Below, one piece after another: positions 19,322-30,071 of a stretch of DNA of 64,000 nucleotides (position 1 is its first letter; each line of letters begins with the position of its first letter). Below the pieces are notes generated by a model. It did not search any database. It was not told the origin of the DNA and saw only the letters and a program-made list of their open reading frames with translations. The stretch comes from Myxococcota bacterium (GTDB lineage Bacteria; Myxococcota_A; UBA796; CAJQPC01): contig JAKLKE010000004.1 of NCBI GenBank assembly GCA_023150775.1, positions 2,049 to 66,048 on the forward strand. The letters are read 5' to 3'. The translations under genes were made by a program, and so were the position numbers.

Positions 19322-19918
19322 CTACAGCGACCAGGCCCAAGTCGAGACGAAGCGGTAGGTCTCTCCGGGCGTCCAGCTCGGCGTGCCGTCGCGGGTCTCG
19401 CCGAGGTCGAGGGCCTCGGGGTAGACGAGGCCTTGGGGCATCGCCGTCTCGCCGTCGTAAGAGACGTACCAGCCGAGGCTCTGGCCGGGGTGAGGGTCGA
19501 GGCCGGCGGAGTCTGCCGGGGGCGCGCCGACGCCAAAGGCGACGATGCCCTCCAGGCTGGGATCATCGGCGTAGGCGCCGTCGCAGTCGTCCTCGATGGA
19601 GCGGAGCTGCACCTCCATCATCACGAGGCAGCGCTCGCAGCCCTCCAGCTCGCCGATGAGCACGCCGTCGAGGGACTGCAGCAGATCGCAGCGGCGTTTG
19701 CTCTCGGAGAGGCGGCGCTGCCAGCCGTCGTCGTAGAAGGTCCAGACGTGGGTGCCGCTGAGCCCTGAAGTCTCCGCCGTGGCCGTGGCCGAGCCCGTGG
19801 CCCAGGCGGGCGGCGTGTCACCGCAGGCGAAGAGGGCGGCGAGGGCGGCGAGGGCGAAGGGGACGAGCACGGGCACCTCGGCGGGTGGGGCGAGGGGCAG
19901 ACCTCGCGCCACACACAT
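19322..19918 (-). CDS. Hypothetical lipoprotein (start uncertain)
   Basis: ALFAC lipobox, Cys pairs, C-terminal region loosely similar to neighbour. Confidence 0.55.
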   Translation of the reverse strand: MCVARGLPLAPPAEVPVLVPFALAALAALFACGDTPPAWATGSATATAETSGLSGTHVWTFYDDGWQRRLSESKRRCDLLQSLDGVLIGELEGCERCLVMMEVQLRSIEDDCDGAYADDPSLEGIVAFGVGAPPADSAGLDPHPGQSLGWYVSYDGETAMPQGLVYPEALDLGETRDGTPSWTPGETYRFVSTWAWSL

Positions 19919-19943
19919 AAACCGCCGAGGGGGGATCAGGCAA

Positions 19944-20795
19944 TCAGCGCAGCAACACCAGGGTCGGGTCCACGGCCGGGTAGGTCTGGGCCTTGAGCAC
20001 CGAGGGCGAAGGCAGCTCCGTGGCCTTGTTCATGCTGGTGTAGGGCACGACAAAACCTTTGCGGTCGAGGGCGATCTCCAGCTCGCTCGACGCCTCCCAG
20101 GCCACGCTGACCACGGGCGCGGTGAGCTCAAAGGCGCCAGAGGAGGCTGAGGCGCGCAGGCCGAGGCGGCTGCCGAAGCTCTGAGAGACGCCCTCTTGGG
20201 ACCAGACGAGGCCCGTCGTCTCCTCAAACACCGGGGCGTAGGCCGTCGCGGCGTCGGGGTCGATGGGGCCAAAGCTCAGGCCGAGCACCAAGGCCGCGAT
20301 CTCGTCATCCGGCGTGCCGCCCTCGCCCCAGTCCTCGGGGCTGAAGGTCACGCAGTCGCTCGACAGCACGCTCAGGGCGCTCTCGAAAGAGGCCCAGGCG
20401 TCGTTGTCCCAGCTCGTCGCCTCGATGGAGGAGAGCGAGGCCACCACCATGCAGCTCCCGTCGGCGCCGGTGCTGCGGTCTTTGGTCTCGAAGGTGAAGG
20501 TGGCCATGGGGGGAGACTGCGTGCCCTGGTAGTAGGACCAGTACGCGAGGCCGAAGCCGTCGTAGCCGGTGATCACGACCACGGAGAGGCTCTGCGGCGC
20601 GACCTCCGGGTCGGCGTCGGTGTCGCTGTCGGTGTCCGAGTCGGAGTCGCTGTCGGCGTCGGTGTCGCTGTCCGCGTCGCTGTCGGCGTCGGCGTCCCCC
20701 TCGGAGTCGTCCGGCGTCTCGCCGTCGTCGCCCCGGTCGCAAGCCCCAATGGAGAGCAAGAGCGCGCCCCATGTCAACGTCGTGATGATCCGCAT
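19944..20795 (-). CDS. Lipoprotein with Asp-X (DA/DS/DT) repeat linker
   Basis: IGAC lipobox, EGDADADSDADSDTD..., paralog of 20959..21798 (shared GYDGFG). Confidence 0.75.
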   Translation of the reverse strand: MRIITTLTWGALLLSIGACDRGDDGETPDDSEGDADADSDADSDTDADSDSDSDTDSDTDADPEVAPQSLSVVVITGYDGFGLAYWSYYQGTQSPPMATFTFETKDRSTGADGSCMVVASLSSIEATSWDNDAWASFESALSVLSSDCVTFSPEDWGEGGTPDDEIAALVLGLSFGPIDPDAATAYAPVFEETTGLVWSQEGVSQSFGSRLGLRASASSGAFELTAPVVSVAWEASSELEIALDRKGFVVPYTSMNKATELPSPSVLKAQTYPAVDPTLVLLR

Positions 20796-20892
20796 CCGCC
20801 CTTACTCCGTCATGGGTTCGTGGCTATGTCAGCGCAGTCACTAGGATACAGCCCCTCCGGGCGGCGTCGCAAGTGCTCAAAAGGACTATAGC

Positions 20893-20920
20893 AAAAAGGG
20901 CGCCCCGAGAGGCGCCCTTC
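20893..20920 (-). terminator. Rho-independent terminator
   Basis: gaagggcgcc-tctcgg-ggcgccctttttg on minus strand after upstream lipoprotein. Confidence 0.8.
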
Positions 20921-20958
20921 GACGATCCCCGGAGGATCGCCCACCAGAACCCGTCCGG

Positions 20959-21798
20959 CTACGGGAAGAGCGAGCTCGTGTAGAGCCCGAAGTAGCCGGG
21001 GCTGGACAACAGCGAGGGGTACGGGAGCTCCACCGCCTCGTCCATGCCGTCGTAGGGCGACAGGTTGCCCTCGTCATCCACGACGACCTCCATGTCGTCG
21101 TCGGTCACATAGGCGACGGTGTAGTTCAGGGCGACGGTCTCGAGGGTGCTGCTTCCATCAAAAGGCATGGACAGATAGCCCGTGAAGAGGTAGGGCCGGC
21201 CCTCGGTCTCAAAATCGGCGCCTTCGCGGTCGAAGGCCTCGATCAGCTTGGTCTCCAGGTCGCCCTCCTCCAGAGGGCCGTAACCGATGCCGAACGACAA
21301 CGACTCGATGGCCTCGATCGGGTTTCCGTCGAGGCCGTACCGCAGGGGGTAGAAGTTCTCGCAGGTGGTGGTGCCCCCCACCAACGAGACCTGGTTGCCG
21401 TACCAGGCGTTCTCGACGCGAAGGTCGAAGGGCTCCCCGAAGGAGAGCAGGCCGGTGTAGGTGCAGGTGTACTCTTCGTCATACGCCTCGAAGTACGCCT
21501 CCTCTACGAACTTGAGCTGCGCGTACGCAGGGTACGCCGTCGTGTCGTCTGGGAAGTAGTAGTCGGTCGGGCCGAACCCGTCGTAGCCCATGTAGATCGA
21601 CACGAAGACGACGTAGTCCTCGAAGTAGGCGGGCTCGGTGTCGGTGTCGCTGTCCGAGTCGGTGTCGGTGTCCGCGTCGCCTTCGGTCTCGCTGGTGTCG
21701 GTCCCCGCGTCCGAGCCTTTGTCACCCGCGCAGCCGGGGCCCATCACCACAAGCGCGCCAAGACCCAGGGCCGCCGTGAGGTTCATCATCCGCGTCAT
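20959..21798 (-). CDS. Lipoprotein with Asp-X repeat linker
   Basis: GPGC lipobox, EGDADTDTDSDSD, MGYDGFG; GGAGGAG RBS. Confidence 0.75.
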   Translation of the reverse strand: MTRMMNLTAALGLGALVVMGPGCAGDKGSDAGTDTSETEGDADTDTDSDSDTDTEPAYFEDYVVFVSIYMGYDGFGPTDYYFPDDTTAYPAYAQLKFVEEAYFEAYDEEYTCTYTGLLSFGEPFDLRVENAWYGNQVSLVGGTTTCENFYPLRYGLDGNPIEAIESLSFGIGYGPLEEGDLETKLIEAFDREGADFETEGRPYLFTGYLSMPFDGSSTLETVALNYTVAYVTDDDMEVVVDDEGNLSPYDGMDEAVELPYPSLLSSPGYFGLYTSSLFP

Positions 21799-21961
21799 CT
21801 CTCCTCCTGCTGTGTTCAGGTTCATGGCGGAGGTCTTCTGGCCCTCGGGCCTGTTAACGACCGCATCCCGTCATCCTAACGCCAAGGACGGGGGGATGGT
21901 GCGCCGCTGAGGCGCCAAGGTGGCGCAACCCGCCGATCCGCCGCTTGGGGAGGATCGCCGC

Positions 21962-23452
21962 CTAGCCCGTCAGGCGCGCGATGAGCAGCACCAAGGCCAG
22001 GCCGAGGGCCGCCATGAGCAGAGCCACGAGGATGAGCCCCGGCAAGAGCCGCACCGTCGGGCTGGCCTCGTCGTTGGCGGCGACGGGGGCCTTGGGGCTC
22101 ACCTTCGCCGCGCGGCGTGGGGGCGGGGTTGGGGATCCGCTGGGTGAGGGCCGCGACGACGGCGGCGGCGCGCGGGAGGCCATCGTCGCTGGGGTCGGCG
22201 CCGGGGAGAGGCCGGGGGCGGAGGCGCTCGACGGAGCGGGCGGCGGCGGCGGCGCGAGGGGCACGATGGGCTTGTGCACGACCTCGACGGGGCGCGTCGG
22301 GGCGGGCGCGTCCTCGGCGACGTCGGGCTCGACCTCCCGGCGGGTCATCACGATGAGGTCGGCGTCCTCCTCCTCAAGCTCCGCGGCGTCGTCGGCGACG
22401 GCGGGCCGGGCGGCGGCCTCGCTCATGCCCATAGACGCCTGGTACTCGCGCAGGTTGAGGGTCTCGCGCAGGTTGTAGCCCTGCTCTTCTTTGAGCCGGT
22501 GGCCCGAGGCCGGAGGAGCCCCCGGCGCGCCGCCGTCTTGGCGGATCACGAGCATGATCTGGGTGTCGCCGTCTCGGGTGGCGGCGCCGTCGTCGCCGTC
22601 GCCGTTGACCTCGGCCTCGTGGCGCTGGGCGCGCTCGACGTCGGCCATGATCGAGACGCTGGTGTGCTCCTCGGCGGTGTCGGTGTCTACGGTCGGGTCG
22701 TCTTGGCGGCGGAAGAGCGTCGGGAAGGCGCCCAAGGCGGACTCGTCGTGGCCGCCGCCGTCGCGCAGGCCGAAGGGCAGAGACTCCGTCGTCTCGCGGG
22801 TGTCGTCGTCGGGGGGCATCGTGGCGCCGGGGGCCAAGACCCGCGCCAGATCCATCGGGTCGCCCTGCTCTTTGGCGTGCTCCCCGCCGATGCCCCACAA
22901 GAGGGACTCGATGCGCTCTTTGTCTTGATCGGGCAGGCGGCGCAGGCGCTCCAAGATCGCCTTCGCGCGTAAGAACGACCCGGCGGCGATGAAACGTTCG
23001 GCGAGCACGAGCTGATCGGCGGGGGTGCCGGTGCGCTCGATCTCCCGGGCGTTGGGGTCGGGCTGGAGCGGCGGGGCCTCGGCCTGGACCTCTAGCTCCG
23101 CGAGGCCGGGCAGCTCAGCGCCCAGCTCACGGAGGCGGCCCAGGGGCTTGCGGGCGCGCACCGGCCAGCCGCGCTGGATGTGCAGCTCCGCGAGGAGCAC
23201 GAGCATCTCGACGTCGTCGGGGTCGCGGGTGGCGAGCTCGGTGAGGCGCAGGTTCACCCGGTCCATGAGCCGCAGGCGCAACAGCGCCCGGGCCTGAGCG
23301 ATGAGCCCATAGCGGGTAGGCTCCCCAGCGTTCACCCACCGCTCGACGAGGCGCACGATCCCGACGTCGTCACCGCGCGACTCTAGGTCGGCGATGACAC
23401 GGTCGAGGTAGTCGTCTTGGCTGGAGCGCGCGGGTGCTCCGTTGGCCGGCAT
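21962..23452 (-). CDS. TPR-containing protein with disordered acidic/Pro-rich region and C-terminal TM anchor
   Basis: TPR-like helices (DPDDVEMLVLLAEL), Pro-rich linker, terminal hydrophobic helix. Confidence 0.65.
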   Translation of the reverse strand: MPANGAPARSSQDDYLDRVIADLESRGDDVGIVRLVERWVNAGEPTRYGLIAQARALLRLRLMDRVNLRLTELATRDPDDVEMLVLLAELHIQRGWPVRARKPLGRLRELGAELPGLAELEVQAEAPPLQPDPNAREIERTGTPADQLVLAERFIAAGSFLRAKAILERLRRLPDQDKERIESLLWGIGGEHAKEQGDPMDLARVLAPGATMPPDDDTRETTESLPFGLRDGGGHDESALGAFPTLFRRQDDPTVDTDTAEEHTSVSIMADVERAQRHEAEVNGDGDDGAATRDGDTQIMLVIRQDGGAPGAPPASGHRLKEEQGYNLRETLNLREYQASMGMSEAAARPAVADDAAELEEEDADLIVMTRREVEPDVAEDAPAPTRPVEVVHKPIVPLAPPPPPAPSSASAPGLSPAPTPATMASRAPPPSSRPSPSGSPTPPPRRAAKVSPKAPVAANDEASPTVRLLPGLILVALLMAALGLALVLLIARLTG

Positions 23453-23562
23453 CTTGACCTCCGCGCGGCATTGTAGCAGAAGTGCCAGGACGCAAACACC
23501 CACCGGAGCCCGGGGCCCGGTGGGTGCGCGCGCTGGCGAGGGTCAGGGTTGAGCGGCCTGGA

Positions 23563-24528
23563 TCAGCCGATCACCGCCTCAAACTCTCTCTGGAGCGCCG
23601 GGCAGATCGTGAACAGGTCGTCCACGATGCCATAGCTGCTGTGCTGGAAGATCGGCGCCTCGGGATCCTTGTTGATCGAGACGATCACCTTGGAGGTGCG
23701 CATCCCGGCGAGGTGCTGGATCGCGCCGGAGATGCCCACGGCGATGTACAGCGTGGGGTTGACGACCTTGCCGGTCTGACCGACCTGGTGGGAGTGCGGG
23801 GCGTAGCCCGCGTCCACCGCCGCGCGGCTCGCGCCCGGGGTCGCGCGCAGGGCGGCGGCCAGGGGGCGAATCACGCTGTCGTAGCCCTCGACGGACTTCA
23901 CCGAGCGGCCGCCGGAGACGATGCGGTCGGCCTCGGTGAGGTCCACCGTCGCCTGGGCGCTCTTACGAACCTCGACCACCTGGGTCTTGAGGTCCGCGGC
24001 GCTCACGCCAGCGTCCACGGCCACCACCGAGGCCGCGCCGCCGCCGGTGGGGTTCACGGCGAAGGAGTTGGGGCGCACGGTGAACAGGCCCACGGCGGAC
24101 TTCACCTTGGCCGTGGCGATGACCTTGCCCGCGTAGACCGGGCGACGGGCGACGACCTGGCCGCCGACGTTCGAGAGGTCCGTGACCTCGGTGACCGCGC
24201 CAGCGCCGATGCGGGCGCCGAGGCGGGGGAAGAGGTCTTTGCCGATCGGGGACGCCGCGCCGAGCACGACGGCGGGGCTCACCTTGGCGATCACCGCGGC
24301 GAGGGCCTTCACCCAAGCGTCGGTGGAGTAGGCGCCGAAGGCGTCGCCGTTGACGGTGTAGACCGTCGCGGCGCCGTGACGGCCAGCCTCGGCGCCATCG
24401 ACGCTGCCGCCGATCACGACCGCGCTGACCTCACCACCCAAGGTGGCGGCCTTGCTCAAAAGCTCGAGGGCGGTCTTCTTCAGCTTGCCGCCGTCGGTCT
24501 CACAGAACACCAGAATTCCAGAGCTCAT
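23563..24528 (-). CDS. etfA: Electron transfer flavoprotein alpha subunit
   Basis: [39 protein letters not shown]. Confidence 0.97.
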   Translation of the reverse strand: MSSGILVFCETDGGKLKKTALELLSKAATLGGEVSAVVIGGSVDGAEAGRHGAATVYTVNGDAFGAYSTDAWVKALAAVIAKVSPAVVLGAASPIGKDLFPRLGARIGAGAVTEVTDLSNVGGQVVARRPVYAGKVIATAKVKSAVGLFTVRPNSFAVNPTGGGAASVVAVDAGVSAADLKTQVVEVRKSAQATVDLTEADRIVSGGRSVKSVEGYDSVIRPLAAALRATPGASRAAVDAGYAPHSHQVGQTGKVVNPTLYIAVGISGAIQHLAGMRTSKVIVSINKDPEAPIFQHSSYGIVDDLFTICPALQREFEAVIG

Positions 24529-24619
24529 CGGTTGTTCCTCCTGTTGAGGAGCGCGTCGGCCTTCAGGCCACGCGACACGAAGGGGTTACCACGAGGGAAA
24601 AACGAGGGGGACGAGCCGA

Positions 24620-25414
24620 TCAGATGACCTTGGCCTCGTCGCGGAGCAGGCGGACGAGCTCCTTGACCTTGGCCTCGGGCGTGGCGCCCTGGATGATCTT
24701 GCCCGAGGGCCGGGGCGGCGGCAGCTCAAGGCCGGACTCCTCGACCAGCGCGCCCGCGGCGCCCACCTGGCCCGCGGAGAGCCCGAGGTCGGCGACGGAC
24801 TTGGCGGCGATGGCGATCTTCTTCGCGGCCATGATGCCCTTGAGGTTCGCGAAGCGGGGAGTGTTCAGGCCCTTGTCGCAGGTGATGACCGCGGGCACCG
24901 AGGTGGAGACGACCTCGATGAAGCCGCCGCCGGCGTTGCGCTCGGCGGTGATCTTGCCGCCGTCCACGGAGAATCCCGTGACCACGGAGACCTGGGGCCA
25001 GCCGAGGAGCTCAGCGACCATGCCGGGCACGGCGGCGCTGTCGGTGTCGATGGCCTGCTTGCCGGCGAAGATCAGCTCAACACCGGCGGACTTGGCGGCG
25101 GCGGCCAAGGCGCGGGCCTTGCCCAAGGCGTCGGAGCCGGCGAGCGCCGGGTCGTCTACGCGGATCGCCTCGGTGGCGCCGCGGGCCAAGGCGTCACGGA
25201 CGCGGGCCTCGGCGTCGGCGCCGCCGACGGTGATCACCACGACGCCCGTGGCTTTGCCAGCGTCTTTGAGCTGGATCGCCGCCTCTAAGGCGAACTCATC
25301 GTAGGGGTTGATCTCCCACTTGACGTCGGCGGTCAGGACGCCGGTCTTGTCGGGGTTGATCTTGATGATGGTGTCCGAAGCGGGGACCTGCTTGAGCAGT
25401 ACACCGACTTTCAT
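24620..25414 (-). CDS. etfB: Electron transfer flavoprotein beta subunit
   Basis: KQVP, INPYDEFALE, AGKQAID, NTPRF. Confidence 0.97.
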   Translation of the reverse strand: MKVGVLLKQVPASDTIIKINPDKTGVLTADVKWEINPYDEFALEAAIQLKDAGKATGVVVITVGGADAEARVRDALARGATEAIRVDDPALAGSDALGKARALAAAAKSAGVELIFAGKQAIDTDSAAVPGMVAELLGWPQVSVVTGFSVDGGKITAERNAGGGFIEVVSTSVPAVITCDKGLNTPRFANLKGIMAAKKIAIAAKSVADLGLSAGQVGAAGALVEESGLELPPPRPSGKIIQGATPEAKVKELVRLLRDEAKVI

Positions 25415-25466
25415 GCGCCCTCCAGGGGGACCGGGGTGAGTGGGGAGTGTCGGGGGGAACGAGGCG

Positions 25467-26081
25467 TCAACGAGGAGAGGCGGCCGGGGTCGCCATGCCG
25501 CGCAGGAAGATGTCTGCCACCTGTTCAGCCGCGGCGTCGGGAGAGATGCGCTCGCGGCGGCTCAGGACGTACTGCTGGCCAAGCTCATCGAGGGCCCCGA
25601 AGAAGGCCCACTTGGCGAGGAAGGGGTCTACGTCGGCGCGCATGACCCCACGGGACTGGCCTTCACGCACGATCTGCTCGAACACCCGCAGGTAGTCCCA
25701 GAGCTTCTCGGGGCGGTAGTCCTTGAGGAACTTGTGCGAGAGCCGAAGCTCGACCTGGAGCACTTCAGCGACGGCGCGGTGGCGGCGCACGCTGTCGAAG
25801 TGGAAACGTGCGAACACCCGCACCCGCTCCAGGGGGCAATCGACCCCGTCCAGCGCGGCGAGCAGGCCCACACGCAGAAACTCCATCTTCTCTTCGAAGA
25901 TGGAGAGGAGCAGGTGCTCTTTGTTGTCGAAGTAGAGGTAGATGGTGCCATCGGCCACGCCAGCGGCCCGCGCCACGTCGCTGATGCGCGCGGCGTGAAA
26001 GCCTTTCTGGGCGAACACCTCGATGGCCGCCTCGACGATGGCCTCGCGCTTGTCGCCTTTGCGGCTGGCCTTCTCGCTCAC
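25467..26081 (-). CDS. TetR family regulator, FadR (YsiA)-like
   Basis: FAQKGFHAARISDVARAAGVADGTIYLYFDNKE...LQVELR. Confidence 0.88.
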   Translation of the reverse strand: MSEKASRKGDKREAIVEAAIEVFAQKGFHAARISDVARAAGVADGTIYLYFDNKEHLLLSIFEEKMEFLRVGLLAALDGVDCPLERVRVFARFHFDSVRRHRAVAEVLQVELRLSHKFLKDYRPEKLWDYLRVFEQIVREGQSRGVMRADVDPFLAKWAFFGALDELGQQYVLSRRERISPDAAAEQVADIFLRGMATPAASPR

Positions 26082-26096
26082 CTTCGACCCGGGAAT

Positions 26097-26112
26097 GAAT
26101 GAAGATTCATTC
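26097..26112. promoter_or_regulatory. FadR-box-like operator
   Basis: GAATGAA-GA-TTCATTC perfect palindrome 16 bp upstream of the TetR start; fits Bacillus FadR box GAATGAnTAnTCATTC. Confidence 0.75.
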
Positions 26113-26186
26113 GGTTAGCCCATGCGGGTCCAGGGGGCAAGCGGAAGGCGCGTGACCGAGCGCAGGAGACGGGCCCTCAAGGCCGC

Positions 26187-26879
26187 TCAGCCGCGCTTCT
26201 TGAGCCAGGCCGTGACCGCGTCGGCGACGTTGAGGTCTCCGGCGGCCTTCCAGTCGGCCATGAACGCGGCGTCACCCTTCTCGGTGAGCGGGTGCTGGAA
26301 CAGGCGCTTGAGCACGTTGTGCGGGATCGTCGCCACATGGGCGCCGGCCTGGGCGGCCTGGGCGACGTGCAGCGGGTGGCGGATCGAGGCGGCGAGCACC
26401 TCGGTCTGCAGGTCGGGGAAGTTGGCGAAGAGCTCGACGATGTCGGTGATGAGCTCCATGCCGTCGGTGCCGAGGTCGTCCACGCGCCCGACGAAGGGCG
26501 AGACGTAGGTGGCCCCGGCCTTCGCCGCCAAGAGCGCCTGGGTGGCCGAGAAACACAGGGTCACGTTCACCCGGATGCCCTGGCGCGAGAGCCGGGAGGT
26601 GGCGGTGATGCCGGCCTCGGTGAGCGGCACCTTCACCACGACGTTTCGGTGAACCTGGGCGAGCAGCTCACCCTGGCGCACCATGTCGTCCGCAGACTTC
26701 GCGACGACTTCAGCGGAGACCGGGCCGTCGACGAGCTCACAGATCTCGAAGATCGTCTCGACGAAGTCTCGGCCCTCTTTGGTGATCAGCGAGGGGTTCG
26801 TGGTGACGCCGTCGATGATGCCCCAGGCGTAAGCCTCGCGGATCTGATCGATGTTGGCGGTGTCGATGAAGAACTTCAT
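26187..26879 (-). CDS. fsa: Transaldolase / fructose-6-phosphate aldolase
   Basis: [45 protein letters not shown]. Confidence 0.95.
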   Translation of the reverse strand: MKFFIDTANIDQIREAYAWGIIDGVTTNPSLITKEGRDFVETIFEICELVDGPVSAEVVAKSADDMVRQGELLAQVHRNVVVKVPLTEAGITATSRLSRQGIRVNVTLCFSATQALLAAKAGATYVSPFVGRVDDLGTDGMELITDIVELFANFPDLQTEVLAASIRHPLHVAQAAQAGAHVATIPHNVLKRLFQHPLTEKGDAAFMADWKAAGDLNVADAVTAWLKKRG

Positions 26880-27484
26880 GGTGGGCTTCCCGGCGACATG
26901 GGGCTTGGAGCGGCGCCGCGCGGGCGCAGGGCGATGGGATACACCGGCTCCGGGCGGATCGCAAGCGCGCTTGGGTGAGGGTTCGGCAACACCCCGACCC
27001 GAGAGAGGCCGGGCAGGGGGCCGTCGGGCTGGAGCCGGGCATACGGCAGGCCGGTGGCGGGGTCGCGGGCCTCGGGCAGCACGTCGAGGAGCGGCCGCCA
27101 GGCGAAGGGGCGCTCGGTCAACAGCGGGTGCGGCACCTTGAGGAGGGCGAGGTCGAGGGCCATGGCATCCGTCCAGAGGAGGTCCAGATCGAGGGTGCGA
27201 TCCGACCAGCGCAGCTTGCGGCGGCGCCCAAATCGGGCTTCCAACCCTTGACATGCCGCGAGGAGCGCCAAGGGGCCGAGGGTGGACTGAATGAGCGCCG
27301 CGCCGTTGAGAAAACGCCCCCGGGCGACGCCGCCCGCCGGAGGGCTCTCGTACAGGCCGCTCGTGCGCAGGAGCCGCAGGCCGGGCAAGGTGTCCAAGGC
27401 GTAGAGCGCGGCGGTGAGGGTGGTGAGGCGGTCCCCTTGGCTGGCGCCGAGGCCGATCACCCACAGCCAGTCGGGGCGGCTCAC
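26876..27484 (-). CDS. folK: HPPK (2-amino-4-hydroxy-6-hydroxymethyldihydropteridine diphosphokinase)
   Basis: [38 protein letters not shown]...RPF. Confidence 0.92.
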   Translation of the reverse strand: MSRPDWLWVIGLGASQGDRLTTLTAALYALDTLPGLRLLRTSGLYESPPAGGVARGRFLNGAALIQSTLGPLALLAACQGLEARFGRRRKLRWSDRTLDLDLLWTDAMALDLALLKVPHPLLTERPFAWRPLLDVLPEARDPATGLPYARLQPDGPLPGLSRVGVLPNPHPSALAIRPEPVYPIALRPRGAAPSPMSPGSPP

Positions 27485-28401
27485 GGGCTGGGCGTCCCGA
27501 TCGGCGCGGCGCGCGCCAGCATGTCCCGCTCATACCGCAGGGCCTGCTCCTGCTCTTGGGCGGCGCGCACGGACGACTTGATCTTGCCGTCGATGTCTAC
27601 GATCCAGCCTCCGCCGAGGGGATCCGGGGGCTCGGCGGTGAGCTTGCCCGCGCGCAGCAGCTCCTCCACGCCCCGCGTGGGGCGGCCCCGCTCGGCGGCG
27701 AGGGCCTCGGCCAGCTCGTTGAGGCGCTCGGCGTACTCGTCGTGGGTCAAGGAGGCGAGGCGGCGCTCAAGCTCCACCCGAAGATCCGGGTCGTCGGTGA
27801 GCTTCAGCTCGTCCTGTAAGAAGCGAATCGCCTGGGGGCGCTCTTTCTGCTCTTGGCGGAAGGCCACGGCGGCGACGGCGTACCACTCCGGGGCCCCCGG
27901 GCGGCGCGCGGCCTCAGCGACCCAGCGCGCGGACTCCTCGCGGTCGCCGCCGTTCAAATAGAGGTTCATGCCCACCGAGAACGGGAAGAAGGGATCGTTG
28001 GGCAGGTTCTCCGAGCCGAGCTTCATCACCGCCGTGGAGCCGTCGTAGTCGCCGAGCACACGCAGCATCACCCCGCCGTAAAAGTACGGCGTGCGCCAGC
28101 GGGGGTCGATCTGGCAGATGCCGAGCACCGTGCGAGAGAGCCACTCCACCCAGGCCCGGTCGCCGGTGGTGTTCCAGCGCTCTCCAAACGCGAGCACCGA
28201 GCGCACCCAGAGGATGTCGGCGACATGAACCGAGTGGTCCAGCGACGCGATCCGAACGCTCTCGGCGTCGGGGATAAACAGCAGCTCGTGGTTGACGTTG
28301 ACGTCGCGGCGCTGGGCGTCGACCTGCCGCTGGCTCGTGTGGGCCAGGGCCGCGCCGCTGAGAAACGTGATGCTGAGCGTGAGGGCCTGTGCGCGGGTCA
28401 T
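27481..28401 (-). CDS. Pilin-locus TPR-like protein (XapA/PilG-like)
   Basis: ADILWVRS...[12 protein letters not shown]...P.DP pattern seen in genes downstream of deltaproteobacterial pilA; context-based. Confidence 0.55.
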   Translation of the reverse strand: MTRAQALTLSITFLSGAALAHTSQRQVDAQRRDVNVNHELLFIPDAESVRIASLDHSVHVADILWVRSVLAFGERWNTTGDRAWVEWLSRTVLGICQIDPRWRTPYFYGGVMLRVLGDYDGSTAVMKLGSENLPNDPFFPFSVGMNLYLNGGDREESARWVAEAARRPGAPEWYAVAAVAFRQEQKERPQAIRFLQDELKLTDDPDLRVELERRLASLTHDEYAERLNELAEALAAERGRPTRGVEELLRAGKLTAEPPDPLGGGWIVDIDGKIKSSVRAAQEQEQALRYERDMLARAAPIGTPSP

Positions 28402-30071
28402 GGCGTCATTGTAGCGGGTTCTGGGGCGGTGAAGCGGGCCGCCGCGTCGAGGAGCCGGGCGGCGTGCTCGTCAAACTCTTGAGGACTCACCCCGGCGGCG
28501 GCGGCGCGGCGTGTCGTGTAGCCGACCTCGTCTCCGGCCTGGCGCGCGGCGGCGGCGCGCACGAGGTTCAGCGTGGGATCGGTCAGGTTCTCGCTCCGCT
28601 CCGCCCGGGCCAGGGCCTCGTCCCAGCGCCCGACATGGGCCAAGATGAGCCCCTGGAGCCCCAGCATCACGTCGTCTTGGGGGCAGCGCGCCGCGTCAGC
28701 GAGGGCCACGGCCTCCACCGCCTTGTCGATGTACCCATACCGAAGTGGGCAGCGCAGCGCGTTCTCGCAGACGGTGGTGTAGGGTGGGTCGTCTTGGAGC
28801 GCCGCAGCAAACAAGGAGCACGCCCGGGGGCCGTCGCCCCGGTTGTTGAGCTCGTGAGCGACGGCGGCCTGGGTGTAGCCGTTGACCTCGTGACCTAAGG
28901 CCGAGGCCCAAAGCTCTAAGCCCGACTGCCAGTCTGGCAGGCGCTGGTGTAGGGTCAAGATGCTCACGAGCGCGAAGGCCGGGGCGAAGATTAAGGCCCG
29001 ACCGCGTAAGCTCAGGGCCAAGGCCAAGGCGACGCCGCCCAGGGGCGCGTAGAGATATCGTTCGCCCATCTGGCCGCGCAGGGCGATGGCAGCGAGGCTC
29101 GGCGCGAAGGACAGCCCGGCGAAGGCGAGGCCCGCCAAGGCCAGACGCCCACCCCGAAGGACGAGGGCGACGGCGCCGCCGAGGCTAAGGCCGAGGCCCA
29201 AGATGACCTTCCACAGCGGAGGGCTGAGGTACTCCAGGGTGTCCCCGGTGGTCAGCGGCCAAGGCCACAAGAGCTTGAGGGAATAATGCGCGCCGAGGGC
29301 CGGCAGCTGATCCAGCAGATAACGCCAGTGGCTCCAGTCCGGCGTGGTGGCCGGGTCGATGCCGGCGGCAGTGCGCAGGCCGATCCAGAACAGCGCCCCG
29401 AGGGCCAAGGCCAGGTAGCGCGGCCAGCCCCGAGGCCGCCCAAAACGCGCCAAGTCCAAGGCCAGCACCAGCCCGCCGACGAACAGCCCGCTCTCTTTGG
29501 ACAGCGCCGCCGCCGCCGCCGCGAGGCCGCCGCCGAGGAGCGCGCACCGGCTCGGCCGCTCCTCCCACAACAAGCTCGCCGCCAAGAACGTGAAGGTGGC
29601 GACCATGAGGTCGTTTCGTGCGGCGATGAAGGCCACGGCCTCGGACTGCGCGGGGTGGAGCGCGAACACCGTCGCCCCGGCCAAGGCCGACCAAGGCGGC
29701 GCGGCCTTCTTGAGCAAGGAGAGCAGGCTCATCGTCGCCGCGAGGTGCCAGGCCAAGGAGTGCAGGTGGTGCCCAGCGGCGGAGAGCCCCCACAGCGCCC
29801 GGTCCAAGGTGAGGCTCATCAACATCAGCGGCCGAAAATAGCCGGAGTTAATGCCGACGCTGGAGACCTCCCAGAGATCTACAGTGAACATCTGGGGCAG
29901 GTTTCGCCAGTCCCCGGTGATCGTGTTGCGCACGACCAAGGGCTCGTCATCCCAGACGAAGCCCGCCAGCGCCAAGGCGCCATAGGCCGCGACGGTGAGC
30001 AGCGCCAAGGTGAGGGTGAGGGCGGTGGGTGAGACGAGCAATGGCTCGGTCGGACTCTCGGGAGGCGTCAT
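28398..30071 (-). CDS. TMTC-like GT-C glycosyltransferase with C-terminal TPRs
   Basis: FVWDD, YFRPL, FALHP..SEAVA.I.AR, SKE, ERYLY.P, W.S...LW. Confidence 0.85.
   Translation of the reverse strand: MTPPESPTEPLLVSPTALTLTLALLTVAAYGALALAGFVWDDEPLVVRNTITGDWRNLPQMFTVDLWEVSSVGINSGYFRPLMLMSLTLDRALWGLSAAGHHLHSLAWHLAATMSLLSLLKKAAPPWSALAGATVFALHPAQSEAVAFIAARNDLMVATFTFLAASLLWEERPSRCALLGGGLAAAAAALSKESGLFVGGLVLALDLARFGRPRGWPRYLALALGALFWIGLRTAAGIDPATTPDWSHWRYLLDQLPALGAHYSLKLLWPWPLTTGDTLEYLSPPLWKVILGLGLSLGGAVALVLRGGRLALAGLAFAGLSFAPSLAAIALRGQMGERYLYAPLGGVALALALSLRGRALIFAPAFALVSILTLHQRLPDWQSGLELWASALGHEVNGYTQAAVAHELNNRGDGPRACSLFAAALQDDPPYTTVCENALRCPLRYGYIDKAVEAVALADAARCPQDDVMLGLQGLILAHVGRWDEALARAERSENLTDPTLNLVRAAAARQAGDEVGYTTRRAAAAGVSPQEFDEHAARLLDAAARFTAPEPATMTP

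Noticed and set aside
26880-27533. Long N-terminal extension of transaldolase
   Set aside because: Off-frame overlap with folK; the true start is MKFFIDTAN.
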